Counted from the stretch's first letter, positions 48,247 to 58,040 are shown. The stretch: 64,000 bases of DNA from Minisyncoccota bacterium (GCA_036517475.1 DATDVZ010000003.1:56-64055), one strand, 5' to 3'. Made by a program: numbers and translations. Notes: a model not told the origin generated them from the sequence alone.

Positions 48247-48687
48247 TTAACTTATGGTTGTACCAGCCTTTGAAAGTTTCTCATGCGCATTTTTTGACAT
48301 TGAAATTGATTTAATGATAAGTTTCTTTGTGATTTTCCCATCAGATAAAATTTTTATGCCACGAGTATGGACTTCCGATTTTTTTGCTATTCCTTTCCCA
48401 ATGACACTCGAGGGAGAAACTGTCTCTCCGTTCTCGAAATTTTTTTCAAGTATATCAAGATTTAAAGTAACAGGTTTCCACTGAATGCTTTTATTAGAAT
48501 TTTTCCCCCTACCGCGAAGTTTAGGAATTTTTTTTATAATATCTCTTATTTCTGGACGCTTTTTTCTTCCAGCCCTGGCATTTTGTCCCTTAGTGCCCCT
48601 GCCGGAAGTCTTGCCGCGCTTTCCACCTCTACCGACAAGTCTAGCCTTCTTATTTTTATTTTTTCTTTTTAGATTATGTGTTTGCAT
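48247..48687 (-). CDS. rplO: 50S ribosomal protein L15
   Basis: ...LVGRGGKRGKTSGRGTKGQNARAG... glycine/arginine-rich N-terminus. Confidence 0.85.
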   Translation of the reverse strand: MQTHNLKRKNKNKKARLVGRGGKRGKTSGRGTKGQNARAGRKKRPEIRDIIKKIPKLRGRGKNSNKSIQWKPVTLNLDILEKNFENGETVSPSSVIGKGIAKKSEVHTRGIKILSDGKITKKLIIKSISMSKNAHEKLSKAGTTIS

Positions 48688-48802
48688 CCCATTAGAAAAT
48701 TTTACAAATAATAGTCTGGCCTATTCTACAGGTTTTAGTCTTTTTGTCTTCTTCTTTAATTGTCATTTGATTAAAAAAAAAATTTCTAACGGGACAAGTA
48801 TT

Positions 48803-49408
48803 CTACCTTGACGACAGACTTGCTAATGCTTTTATGGTTGCCTTGGCATTATTGGTCTTGTTTTTTGAACCAGAAAGGATTTTTGCATTGATTCCTGTGA
48901 GACCGGCTAGCTCCAGAATAATCCTTGCGGAGCTGCCAGCAAGAACTCCTCTTCCTAATGCGGGTTTAATATATATTTCTGATGCTCCAAATTTTGCTTC
49001 TGTCTCATGGGGTATGGAATTTTCTTTTGTAAGATTTATCTGAATCATATTCTTTTTGGCGTCTCTGAGCGCCTTTTCAATTGCAAGTGGAGTGTCCCCC
49101 GCTTTACCTTGACCAACTCCAACTGATCCCTTGTGATTTCCTGCGGCCAATGTCACCGAAAAACTGAAGCGTCTTCCACCAGCAACAACTCTTGTTACAC
49201 GTCTAATATCAATGAGTTTGTGATCAAATTCAGGTCTTACTCTTGATTCCTTACGTCGGGAAATTTTTCTGGGATTCTTTTTTCTTTCTGGTCTTTGCGT
49301 TCTTGTAAAATTTTTAGCAGGTTCACTTCTAAGCTGCGGAATATCTAAAACAGGTCCATCTGTTTTTTTTACTTCTTCTGTTACTTTTTGTTCTTCTGTA
49401 TTAATCAT
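48803..49408 (-). CDS. rpsE: 30S ribosomal protein S5
   Basis: ...RVTRVVAGGRRFSFSVTLAAGNHKGSVGVGQGKA... No L30 gene follows it (gap 48688-48802). Confidence 0.9.
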   Translation of the reverse strand: MINTEEQKVTEEVKKTDGPVLDIPQLRSEPAKNFTRTQRPERKKNPRKISRRKESRVRPEFDHKLIDIRRVTRVVAGGRRFSFSVTLAAGNHKGSVGVGQGKAGDTPLAIEKALRDAKKNMIQINLTKENSIPHETEAKFGASEIYIKPALGRGVLAGSSARIILELAGLTGINAKILSGSKNKTNNAKATIKALASLSSR

Positions 49409-49435
49409 TTTACATTTTGCTTTTTAAATTTTGCT

Positions 49436-49789
49436 TTAGAATTTTAGTCCTCCCTCTCTTGCCCCCTCAGCGAATGCCTTGATTTTACCAGTGTAACCGA
49501 ACCCGCCACTGTCAAACACAACTTTTAAAATTTTTTTGCTTTGTGCCAACTCTGCTACATTCTTTCCGAGAGCACTTGCTTTCTCCATATCTGTTTTACC
49601 TTTCAAACCTTTACTTGATTGAAAAACCAGAGTTTTTCCATCAATATCGTCTACCAGCTGGACATAAAGAAATTTATTTGACTTAAAAACAGAGAGTCTC
49701 GGTCTTTCCGGTGTGCCAAAAATTTTAGCCCTTATCTTGCGGTGCCTTCTTTCTCTCTTTGTTATTTTTTTATTTAGTTGCCCCGGCAT
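49436..49789 (-). CDS. rplR: 50S ribosomal protein L18
   Basis: ...RERRHRKIRAKIFGTPERPRLSVFKSNKFLYVQLVDD... Confidence 0.85.
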   Translation of the reverse strand: MPGQLNKKITKRERRHRKIRAKIFGTPERPRLSVFKSNKFLYVQLVDDIDGKTLVFQSSKGLKGKTDMEKASALGKNVAELAQSKKILKVVFDSGGFGYTGKIKAFAEGAREGGLKF

Positions 49790-49823
49790 TTAAGTTGGTT
49801 GTGAGTTGTTTTTTGTAAGTTGT

Positions 49824-50351
49824 TTATACCGTCTTCTTCCCCTGCTTAATTTTTATTACTTCATTAAAATACCTTATTCCTTTGCCTTTATAAGGTTCAG
49901 GTTTTTTCAAATCGCGAAGTTCTGCCGCAAAGCTTCCAACTGTTTCTTTATTAACCCCCGAAATACTAATATTGTTTTTTTCAACTGCGACTTTGATGCC
50001 CTGGGGAATATCAATTATTATCGGATGTGAAAAACCTAGAGCAAACTGAAGTTTGTCACTTTTGTTTTCTACCTTATATCCAATGCCTTCAATAATAAGT
50101 TTCTTTTCATATGTAGTATTTACACCCTTTATCATATTAACCAGATGTGATGCATAAGTCCCCCACAAAGAGACCATCTCTTCTCTTTTTGGTTTTATTG
50201 TCAATTTATTTTCGGATAGTTTTATTTCAAAGCCATCTGGAATAATTCTTTCTAATTCACCATGTGGCCCTTTAACTATGATCTTGCCATTCTGAATCTG
50301 TACTTCAGTTTTCTCAGGAATAACTATTTCTTTTTTTCCTATACGTGACAT
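49824..50351 (-). CDS. rplF: 50S ribosomal protein L6
   Basis: MSRIGKKEIVIPEKTEVQIQNGKIIVKGPHGEL... two-domain L6. Confidence 0.9.
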   Translation of the reverse strand: MSRIGKKEIVIPEKTEVQIQNGKIIVKGPHGELERIIPDGFEIKLSENKLTIKPKREEMVSLWGTYASHLVNMIKGVNTTYEKKLIIEGIGYKVENKSDKLQFALGFSHPIIIDIPQGIKVAVEKNNISISGVNKETVGSFAAELRDLKKPEPYKGKGIRYFNEVIKIKQGKKTV

Positions 50352-50410
50352 TAGTTAAATTATTCGTAGTGATTCGTATATTCGCATGATTCGTAAATTA
50401 GTATGCATAA

Positions 50411-50797
50411 CTACCATATTTCAAAGAGAGCCTCACCGCCGGTTCTTACTTTTCTTGCTTCTTTCCCAGTCATGATCCCTTTTGGTGTCGATATTACCAA
50501 TACACCGTATCCGCTTTTTACAGGCCTCAAACCTGATGATTTAAAATAAATTCTCCTCGATGGTTTTGAAATTCTTTTTACTCCTTTTATTTTTTTTGAT
50601 TCAGAGTTAAGTTCTACTTCAATTGTTTTAGCTATCTTTTTACCTTTCTTTGAAAAAGATTTAACAAAACCTTCTTTCTGTAAGATTTCACAGATTTTCT
50701 CCTTTAGTTGAGAGTAAGGAAAAGAAACAACTTGCCTGCGAGCTCTATCAGCGTTTTTGAGTCTCACCACCATATCTGAAATTGGATCTGTTACCAT
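50411..50797 (-). CDS. rpsH: 30S ribosomal protein S8
   Basis: [24 protein letters not shown]...GGEALFEIW. Confidence 0.9.
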   Translation of the reverse strand: MVTDPISDMVVRLKNADRARRQVVSFPYSQLKEKICEILQKEGFVKSFSKKGKKIAKTIEVELNSESKKIKGVKRISKPSRRIYFKSSGLRPVKSGYGVLVISTPKGIMTGKEARKVRTGGEALFEIW

Positions 50798-50976
50798 GAT
50801 GATTTTTTTATGCCGGGGATTTTTCCTTCATTTGCCAATTCACGGAAACAAATTCTACAAAGATCAAAATCTCTCAAATATCCTCGTTTACGACCACAAC
50901 GAAAACAGCGCCGTACGATTCTGGTAGAGAATTTGGGCTTTTTAAGCGAACGTGCAATTACAGATTTTTTAGCCAT
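50791..50976 (-). CDS. rpsZ: 30S ribosomal protein S14 type Z (zinc-binding)
   Basis: 61 aa with CFRCGR...CRICFR, four Cys. Confidence 0.85.
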   Translation of the reverse strand: MAKKSVIARSLKKPKFSTRIVRRCFRCGRKRGYLRDFDLCRICFRELANEGKIPGIKKSSW

Positions 50977-51117
50977 TAGAAATAAAAAACGCCAACAAGC
51001 GTGGGCTACATGCTAGCAATCTGGCCATATATTGTCAAACACTAAACTAATTTTTATCCAATAGACTTTTCTATTTTTAATATTAATATGATACATAGAT
51101 TCTAGGTGGGCAGACAC

Positions 51118-51324
51118 ATGCATAAAATGTATGGAGACCCAAAAGTTCTTCGAGAAAGGGTAAAACACCTGAAATTTCTGGATCCAGTCAAGGATAAAAA
51201 GGAAATTGCCAGACGTGAAGCTGTCATCAAAGCACAAATGGCGCGCTTATTTGAAGCAGCCAGAGAAGCAGAAAGAATCACAGCTGCTGATCTAAATATG
51301 AGATTTGGTTGTTGGGACGATTAA
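51118..51324 (+). CDS. Hypothetical small protein encoded on the opposite strand, in a 358-bp gap of the ribosomal operon
   Basis: AGGTGGG SD then ATG 51118: MHKMYGDPKVLRERVKHLKFLDPVKDKKEIARREAVIKAQMARLFEAAREAERITAADLNMRFGCWDD. Confidence 0.35.
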   Translation: MHKMYGDPKVLRERVKHLKFLDPVKDKKEIARREAVIKAQMARLFEAAREAERITAADLNMRFGCWDD

Positions 51325-51334
51325 TCGTCCTTTT

Positions 51335-51925
51335 TTATTTTTCTTCGGATTTTCTTCTGACTCTTTTCTGTTTCTTCTCTTTTACTTCTTCAGTTTTTCT
51401 AAAAGGAAAATTTATAAATCTTAGGTAGTTCTCTGTCTCTTTTTTATTTTTTGATGTTGTAACAAAAGTTACAGAGATTCCAAACACATCCCTTAAGTCT
51501 TCATCGCTGGTTTCCGGAAAAATAGTATGTTCTCTTATCCCAAGAGTATAATTACCCATTTCATCAATTGAATTTAATGACACCCCTCTGAAGTCTTTCG
51601 TTCGGGGAAGAGCGATATTAAGCAGTCTGTCAATAAAATCATACATGCGTTTACCGCGAAGCGTAACCTGTAGCCCAACTGGATCACCTTCTCTAATTTT
51701 AAAAGCCGCTACTGATTGCTTGGCCCCGCGCACTGAAGGTTTCTGCCCGGTAATTTTCGAAAGTCGATCAATTACAAGATCTATTTTTTTCTTATCTTTA
51801 ATCGAACCAACTCCAGATGATACTATCACCTTTGAAATCCTTGGGGTTTGCATGGGATTTTTATAACCCGATTTCTCCTTGAGGGCTTCGAATGCTTTTT
51901 TCTGTTTTTCTTTTAGACTTTCCAT
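51335..51925 (-). CDS. rplE: 50S ribosomal protein L5
   Basis: ...PRISKVIVSSGVG...GQKPSVRGAKQSVAAFKIREGDPVG... Confidence 0.9.
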   Translation of the reverse strand: MESLKEKQKKAFEALKEKSGYKNPMQTPRISKVIVSSGVGSIKDKKKIDLVIDRLSKITGQKPSVRGAKQSVAAFKIREGDPVGLQVTLRGKRMYDFIDRLLNIALPRTKDFRGVSLNSIDEMGNYTLGIREHTIFPETSDEDLRDVFGISVTFVTTSKNKKETENYLRFINFPFRKTEEVKEKKQKRVRRKSEEK

Positions 51926-51956
51926 CTTTTTCCTTTTATCTTTTACCTTGTAACTT

Positions 51957-52265
51957 TCAACTTATCGTTGTACCGCTTTTTCTCGCAACCCTTATCTTCT
52001 TTCCTTCACTTACCTCATATCCGATTCTTGTCGGTTTGTTATTCTTTGGATCAATTAACATTGCATTTGAAACGTGAAATGGTGCAGCCATGTCTATTAT
52101 CTGACCTTTTTGATTGCTTTTTGTTGGTCTTTTATGAACCTTTTTAAGGTTAACCCCCGCTACGACAATTCTACTCTCACGAGGAAGAGAGCGAATAATT
52201 TCACCAGTTTTTCCTTTGTCCTTTCCACTTATTATTATGACTTTATCTCCTTTCTTTAATTTCAT
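51957..52265 (-). CDS. rplX: 50S ribosomal protein L24
   Basis: MKLKKGDKVIIISGKDKGKTGEI (KOW motif). Confidence 0.85.
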   Translation of the reverse strand: MKLKKGDKVIIISGKDKGKTGEIIRSLPRESRIVVAGVNLKKVHKRPTKSNQKGQIIDMAAPFHVSNAMLIDPKNNKPTRIGYEVSEGKKIRVARKSGTTIS

Positions 52266-52277
52266 AATTTTGATTTT

Positions 52278-52649
52278 CTAAACTACCTCCGGTGCCAGAG
52301 AAATTATTGTCTGATAACCCATATCAGAGAGTTCGCGAGGAATAGGCCCAAAGACCCTTCCAGCAAGCGGCTCATGTTTTACTTTATCAATAAGAATTAC
52401 TGCATTATCGTCAAATCTGATATATGATCCGTCAGAGCGTCTATATGGAAATTTTTGTCTCGCTATTACCGCATACAGCACATCTTTCTTTTTAACTGTT
52501 TTCCTCGGTTGAGCAACTTGGACAGAAAGCACAACTATATCTCCAATCTGAGCATACCTCCTCTTTGAACCTCCGAGTACCTTGAAAACCCTTCCGATTT
52601 TTGCGCCGGAATTATCTGTGATTTTAACAATGGAACGCGGTTGTATCAT
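52278..52649 (-). CDS. rplN: 50S ribosomal protein L14
   Basis: MIQPRSIVKITDNSGAKIGRVFKVLGGSKRRYAQIGDIVV... Confidence 0.9.
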   Translation of the reverse strand: MIQPRSIVKITDNSGAKIGRVFKVLGGSKRRYAQIGDIVVLSVQVAQPRKTVKKKDVLYAVIARQKFPYRRSDGSYIRFDDNAVILIDKVKHEPLAGRVFGPIPRELSDMGYQTIISLAPEVV

Positions 52650-52764
52650 ATTTAAATAAAAATTTAAAAATCAAAAATCAAAATTACAATGAAAAATTCA
52701 AAAAATTGAATCTAAATACATTTTTACTTTTTGATATATAATTTTGCATTTTAATTTTTGATCT

Positions 52765-53016
52765 TTACATTATTTTGAAGTGTTTATGTCTTGAAATCGG
52801 CCTAGTTTCAATAATTTTTACCTTATCTCCAATGTGAACACTGTTCTCGGGATCGTGAACTTTGTATTTTTTTCTTTTTTTGATGTATTTGCCATATCGG
52901 GGATGTTTAACAAATCTCTCAACTAGAACAACTGCAGTGTCTTTCATTTTGTCAGATACTACGGTTCCGCTTAATATTTTTCCTTTATTGGCTGTTTGTT
53001 GTTGGTCGTTTGTCAT
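52765..53016 (-). CDS. rpsQ: 30S ribosomal protein S17 (start moved to the internal Met to remove the overlap with rpmC)
   Basis: ...GKILSGTVVSDKMKDTAVVLVERFVKHPRYGKYIKKRKKYKVHDPEN... Confidence 0.85.
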   Translation of the reverse strand: MTNDQQQTANKGKILSGTVVSDKMKDTAVVLVERFVKHPRYGKYIKKRKKYKVHDPENSVHIGDKVKIIETRPISRHKHFKIM

Positions 53017-53020
53017 TTCA

Positions 53021-53203
53021 TTATTTATTTCTTGAGGATAGCTCTGTTTGTATTCTTGCAATTTCTTTTCTTATAGCCCGACCCTCTCTGACATTTCTCA
53101 CTTTACTTCCCGCAATTCCAAATCTGAAAGCTCTTAGTGCTTCCTGTTTTTCGCGCAGGATTTTCATTAAATCATTTTTATTTTTTTCTTTTAAATCCTT
53201 CAT
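53021..53203 (-). CDS. rpmC: 50S ribosomal protein L29
   Basis: MKDLKEKNKNDLMKILREKQEALRAFRFGIAGSKVRNVREGRAIRKEIARIQTEL. Confidence 0.8.
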   Translation of the reverse strand: MKDLKEKNKNDLMKILREKQEALRAFRFGIAGSKVRNVREGRAIRKEIARIQTELSSRNK

Positions 53204-53217
53204 GCCTCTAATGTTAT

Positions 53218-53634
53218 CTATCGGGCCACCACTTTTGTTTTTATGGGAAGTTTGGTTCCGGCTTTACGAAGTGATTCCCTGGCAATGCTTTCTTCTACTC
53301 CATCTACCTCAAAAAGAATTCTTCCGGCTTTTACGGGTGCAACATAACCCTGCAAATCACCCTTACCTTTACCAAGTTTGACCTCGGCAGGTTTTGCAGT
53401 ATAAGGCATATCGGGAAAAATGCGAATCCAGGTCTTTCCTGTTTTCCCCAGCAGACGTGAGATCACTTTTCTTGCAGCCTCAATCTGGTTGGATTTTATT
53501 CTGCCGTATTCAAGAGCTTTGAGACCAAATGAACCGAAGCTTACCTCTGTACCACGTGAAGCAACACCAACCTTGTCGGGATGCTTTCTCATCGTGTGCC
53601 ATTTTCGATATTTTACTTTTTTAGGGAATAACAT
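53218..53634 (-). CDS. rplP: 50S ribosomal protein L16
   Basis: MLFPKKVKYRKWHTMRKHPDKVGVASRGTEVSFGSFGLKALE... Confidence 0.9.
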   Translation of the reverse strand: MLFPKKVKYRKWHTMRKHPDKVGVASRGTEVSFGSFGLKALEYGRIKSNQIEAARKVISRLLGKTGKTWIRIFPDMPYTAKPAEVKLGKGKGDLQGYVAPVKAGRILFEVDGVEESIARESLRKAGTKLPIKTKVVAR

Positions 53635-53802
53635 GGTAGATTTTCTTAACGAACGGTAGTGAGTTTCAGAAAATCACCACCCAGCTCCATTTTTAAAGGT
53701 CGACCAAATCTAAGGCTCCACACCTGTTTTTTAAAATATTTTTTTATTTTTTTATTTATATTATTCATAAAAATGGGGTTGGGTTCTCAATAGACATAGT
53801 CG

Positions 53803-54507
53803 TTACGCTCCTTGTCTATTGGAAAATATCTCTCCTCTGTATATCCAAACTTTTATTCCGAGATTGCCGTAAGGAAGTCTAGCCTCATGTCTGGCGAAAT
53901 CAACATCGGCTCTGAAAGTTTGAAGAGGGATCCTGCCGAGTTTGTGAGTCTCCGACCTTGAAATCGTCGCTCCCGCAAGACGCCCAGCAAGAGTCACTTT
54001 TACACCCTTTACATCTCGGTTTGCCATAACTTTTTCAACAATTTGTTTCATAACTCTTCTGTAAGGAAGTCGCTTTTCAAGCCCTTCAGCTATCATTTGG
54101 GCCACAATTGAAGCGTTTGATTCAGGAGATTTAATTTCTTTTATGTCAATCTTTAGATCTACCTTTGATGTCGCGACTCCTTTTTTAATCATTTCTTTTA
54201 CAAGCTCTTCCTTAAGTTTGACTGCACCATCCCCGCTCCTGCCGATTATTATTCCCGGTCGAGAAGTGTCAATTATCACTCTTAAAATTTTTTCATTTCT
54301 TTCAATCTCAACTGAACTTACATACATTCCGCGAAGTTTCTTCTCAAGAAAATTTCTTATAACAAGATCTCCGCGAAGATAATTTTTAAATTTTTCTTTT
54401 GCCCCAAACCATCGAGACTTCCAGTCTCTGATAATTCCTAATCTATGTGAAAATGGGTGAACAGTATGACTCATAAAATTAACCGACAACTTACAACTTA
54501 CCACCAA
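53803..54507 (-). CDS. rpsC: 30S ribosomal protein S3
   Basis: KH domain and S3 C-terminal domain (...GRIPLQTFRADVDFARHEA...). Confidence 0.9.
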   Translation of the reverse strand: MVVSCKLSVNFMSHTVHPFSHRLGIIRDWKSRWFGAKEKFKNYLRGDLVIRNFLEKKLRGMYVSSVEIERNEKILRVIIDTSRPGIIIGRSGDGAVKLKEELVKEMIKKGVATSKVDLKIDIKEIKSPESNASIVAQMIAEGLEKRLPYRRVMKQIVEKVMANRDVKGVKVTLAGRLAGATISRSETHKLGRIPLQTFRADVDFARHEARLPYGNLGIKVWIYRGEIFSNRQGA

Positions 54508-54889
54508 CTACTACTTTTTTATTTAATTTCTTAGTTTTTTTTGTTGTTGGTTGTATGTTGTTGGTTGTTAGTGTTATTGAAATATGGCTTGTTCTTTTTC
54601 TAATCCTTGGCGATCTACCACGTGAAGCATGACCTCTTCGATAAAGAATCTTTCCTCCGTCAACTTTTAATTCTTTAATGATTAAATTCTCTGTTTCAAT
54701 ATTTCTGTTTTTGGCATTTGCTACAGCAGATTTAAGAAGTTTGAAAATTGGGTCTGAAGCTCTTTTTGTTAAAAACTTTAGATTGACTTCCGCGTCTTTC
54801 ACCCTTTTACCTCTTATGGCATCGGCAACAACTCTAACCTTGCGAGGAGATTGCCTATAGTCATTAAGTTTTGCCGTTACTTGTTCCAT
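54491..54889 (-). CDS. rplV: 50S ribosomal protein L22 with a repeat-encoded C-terminal extension
   Basis: ...VRVVADAIRGKRVKDAEVNLKF...RTSHISITLTT, then an extra NNIQPTTKKTKKLNKKVVVGGKL encoded by GTTGTTAGTTG-family repeats. Confidence 0.85.
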   Translation of the reverse strand: MEQVTAKLNDYRQSPRKVRVVADAIRGKRVKDAEVNLKFLTKRASDPIFKLLKSAVANAKNRNIETENLIIKELKVDGGKILYRRGHASRGRSPRIRKRTSHISITLTTNNIQPTTKKTKKLNKKVVVGGKL

Positions 54890-54962
54890 TTCAGTGTTGT
54901 TAGTGGTTGGTTGTTAGTTGCTTGCCCGCCTAAATTTTTATTAAAAATTTTGGGCGGGTGAA

Positions 54963-55322
54963 TTACTTAACCGGTGCCTTATTTTCTCCTGACGTTGCTG
55001 CTGCTTTGGCGGCCTGAGCTGAGGCTATTTCAGCTTCTTTGGCTTTTGTCTCCATTTCTTTCTGCATCTTACCGCCGTGGCGTACAAATTTACGTGTAGA
55101 AGAAAATTCTCCCAACCGATGACCGACCATTTCTTCTGTTACAAATACCTCAATATGATCCTTGCCATTATGAACTCCGAATCGGAAACCCACCATTTCC
55201 GGAGCAATTTGGCTGTCGCGCGCCCATGTCTTAATAACCCCAGTATTTTCTGGTTTTTTGCCCTCAATTTTTTTAAGAAGGCGCTCATAAACATAGGGTC
55301 CTTTCTTGGATGATCTGGTCAT
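54963..55322 (-). CDS. rpsS: 30S ribosomal protein S19 (with a ~25-aa Ala/Lys-rich C-terminal extension)
   Basis: ...[15 protein letters not shown]...[28 protein letters not shown]... Confidence 0.9.
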   Translation of the reverse strand: MTRSSKKGPYVYERLLKKIEGKKPENTGVIKTWARDSQIAPEMVGFRFGVHNGKDHIEVFVTEEMVGHRLGEFSSTRKFVRHGGKMQKEMETKAKEAEIASAQAAKAAATSGENKAPVK

Positions 55323-55601
55323 GATTGATTTTTAACGAGCAAAGCGAGTACAAAAATCATCATCCGCACACCAACTTTAGTCAAAGTTGGTGTGCGGATT
55401 GTGAAAATCATACTCGCTTATGACTCGTTGATTTTCTACAAAGCTTGAATATACTAGCAAAAACCCCTATCCTGTCAAACCCTGTAGTAGAAAATGACAT
55501 TGTAAAATATGATTAGAAGTAATTTTTTTTCACTACAGGGTAAACAAAAAGGCTCCGACTTCGCCATCCGCCATTAGGCGGAGCGAAGTCGGAGCCCATA
55601 A

Positions 55602-56276
55602 CTATTTCATGGAAAGAAGCACTTCCAAGGTCTCCCTGGCCACCTCTCTGTTCTCCTCATCCTCTCGAAGCTTCCGCTCCGTTGCCTCAGCAACAATCCA
55701 GCCGTTACGAACCACCAAAGCGTGTAGTGGATCCATGCGGTGAGGCGCCACAAGGTCAATTACAAAGACCAAATTTGGATTCCACCAACCGTGGGCAATC
55801 CATACTTCCTTTGTCGCCAATTCCCTCAAACCCTCTTTTGCAAGATGAGGGATCTCAACAGCTGATTCACCCTCCTCTAGCCGACGATGAGCAAGAACAA
55901 CAATGTTACTTACTGGCTTTCCGGGTTTTCGGCTTATAGTCACGTGAGAATCTGTGAGTCGAAGCCCGTTATTCACAAGCCCAGTTCGCAAAAGCGCAAC
56001 CTGGGCTCTCTTTACATTATTGATTGCTTCGTATCCCCGAATTGCATTGGGGTCAGATGTCTTCATCTGAGCCATGAGTTTTGCAAGTCTATCCTGCTCC
56101 GGCTTACTTTCCACCATCAGCAGACCCGCAGGAATTGCGTCCGGATTAGAAAAGTGAAACCTGACCAACACTACCTTTGCCTCATCGAGACTTAAACCAG
56201 ATTTCCGAGAAGTAGAGTTCGGGGGCGCTGTCATTGTCATCCACTCTCCTGGGTATGGGAATTTTTTCAGGAACAA
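55602..56276 (-). CDS. Hypothetical protein; second gene of a GC-richer two-gene insertion in the S10 operon
   Basis: 224-aa ORF with no recognised motif. Composition is visibly GC-richer than the flanking ribosomal genes. Confidence 0.6.
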   Translation of the reverse strand: MFLKKFPYPGEWMTMTAPPNSTSRKSGLSLDEAKVVLVRFHFSNPDAIPAGLLMVESKPEQDRLAKLMAQMKTSDPNAIRGYEAINNVKRAQVALLRTGLVNNGLRLTDSHVTISRKPGKPVSNIVVLAHRRLEEGESAVEIPHLAKEGLRELATKEVWIAHGWWNPNLVFVIDLVAPHRMDPLHALVVRNGWIVAEATERKLREDEENREVARETLEVLLSMK

Positions 56277-56358
56277 CTGCCTTTAAAGTAGCATTTTTTC
56301 GTATATAAGTCAAGGATAAATTAAAAACCGCGAAAGTTAAGCTTTCGCGGAAACTCCA

Positions 56359-57009
56359 TTACACTTCTTCTATCTCCGACCCCTCTTCCTCAGGAACATC
56401 ATTGTCATCCTGAAGACTCTGAAGTGCCTTGAGGGCATCCCTGGCTTCAGCCATCTCAAGACGCAACTTATATGTCTTGTTGGCTTCTCTGCCGGCCTCG
56501 AGGTTTGCTTCCTCCATGAGTCGGGCGAGTACATTATAAGATTCTACAACCGCCAACATATTACGCTTTAACGGCTCTTCAGCAAACACATCCTGAAATT
56601 TCTGGGACACATCACTTAACCTATCAAACCACTTCTTGTGTGTCCTAGGCGCATAATCTCTCATCCAAACCATAAAGGCATCAAAGTTCGTAATTCGGTT
56701 ACCTAAGAAACTTGTCAGCCTGATCATGTATCTACGCGCCAGCCAAGAGGCAATCATGTTAACGCGCTTGAGACGGGGTAAATCACCCCTACCTTTTGCT
56801 GCTTCAGCTGCGTGTTTTACGGCTTCATCGAGGAAATTCCTAAATGTCAATTCCTCCGAAGTATTGATTCCCTTTGCCCCGTGAACAAGCCTCAGAAGAT
56901 CACGGTTTCTTCTGATAGTTTTACTGATACTTTGAAGCTCAACCAGAGCCTCAGCGACAGGCGAAGATGGCTTCGGCCGATTTTGAGTCCCCATCATTTT
57001 TTTCCTCAT
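56359..57009 (-). CDS. Hypothetical protein with an acidic C-terminus; first gene of the insertion between rplB and rpsS
   Basis: 216-aa ORF with a helical prediction and DDNDVPEEEGSEIEEV tail. No recognised motif. Confidence 0.6.
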   Translation of the reverse strand: MRKKMMGTQNRPKPSSPVAEALVELQSISKTIRRNRDLLRLVHGAKGINTSEELTFRNFLDEAVKHAAEAAKGRGDLPRLKRVNMIASWLARRYMIRLTSFLGNRITNFDAFMVWMRDYAPRTHKKWFDRLSDVSQKFQDVFAEEPLKRNMLAVVESYNVLARLMEEANLEAGREANKTYKLRLEMAEARDALKALQSLQDDNDVPEEEGSEIEEV

Positions 57010-57085
57010 GGTAGGACGTTTATAGTATCAGATTCAGATAAAGAACAGCCGGCAAAAGAATACCACACTAATTTTTTTTATCAAG

Positions 57086-57928
57086 CTAGCGTTGTTTCCC
57101 AACTTTTCGTCTGCTTACAATAAATTTGTTTGAGTATTTTTTAACCCTTCTAGATTTCTGGCCTTTTCCGGTTGGTTTGCCATAAATTGAAATTGCTCTC
57201 CTTCTTCCGCGTCCTGCTCTACCTTCGCCACCGCCGTGAACATGATCAACTGGATTCATGGCAGTACCACGTACGGTCGGTCTTATTCCCAGCCAACGGG
57301 AGCGTCCTGCTTTTCCCAGATTAATAAGACGCTGTTCTTCATTACTAACTTGCCCAATAGTTGCCCAGCAATTTTCAAGTACTTTTCTTATTTCAGAGGA
57401 GGGCATTTTTAAATCAACATATCCAGCATCTCTTGCAACCACTTCGATATAGTTCCCCGCAGATCTTCCAAACTTGCTTCCTCCATAAGGTTTAACTTCG
57501 ACATTGTATACAAAACTTCCAATATTAATATTTTTCAGAGGCAGTCTGTTCCCGGGAGTTTGTGGCGCACTAACTGAAGTCAGATATTCATTGCCAATTA
57601 TTGCGCCTTTTGACAAAAGAACATATCGTTTTTCTCCGTCTTTATACTGAGCTAATCCTATAAAACCTGTGCGGTTTGGATCATATTCGATGCTTTTAAT
57701 GATATAAGGAATATCAAACTTGTTATATTTAAAATCAATATCTCTAAAAAGCCTTTTAACCCCTCCTCCCTTATGCCTCATGGTGATTCTTCCCTGTGAA
57801 TTTCTTCCAGAACCCCTCTTGAATCCGCTTGTCAGTGATTTCTGCGGACTTTGAGTAGTCAAAATGCTTCGGTAGTCAATGCCAGTCATCTGCCTTCTTG
57901 ATTTAGTTGTTGGTTTATATTGTTTCAT
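57086..57928 (-). CDS. rplB: 50S ribosomal protein L2
   Basis: ...MNPVDHVHGGGEGRAGRGR... Confidence 0.9.
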   Translation of the reverse strand: MKQYKPTTKSRRQMTGIDYRSILTTQSPQKSLTSGFKRGSGRNSQGRITMRHKGGGVKRLFRDIDFKYNKFDIPYIIKSIEYDPNRTGFIGLAQYKDGEKRYVLLSKGAIIGNEYLTSVSAPQTPGNRLPLKNINIGSFVYNVEVKPYGGSKFGRSAGNYIEVVARDAGYVDLKMPSSEIRKVLENCWATIGQVSNEEQRLINLGKAGRSRWLGIRPTVRGTAMNPVDHVHGGGEGRAGRGRRRAISIYGKPTGKGQKSRRVKKYSNKFIVSRRKVGKQR

Positions 57929-58040
57929 ATCAAAATTTAAAAATTAAAAGTCAAAATTACAAAGCAAAGTGAAAAATATGATTCCCGTTAATCAATTTCA
58001 TAATATTTAATGTACAATTTTGCATTTTGATTTTTAATAT

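Noticed and set aside
53021-53061. 41-bp overlap between rpsQ and rpmC as given in the track
   Set aside because: S17 proteins start near ...GKILSGTVVSDKM. The internal Met at 53016 gives a standard-length S17 with no overlap, so the longer start is rejected.
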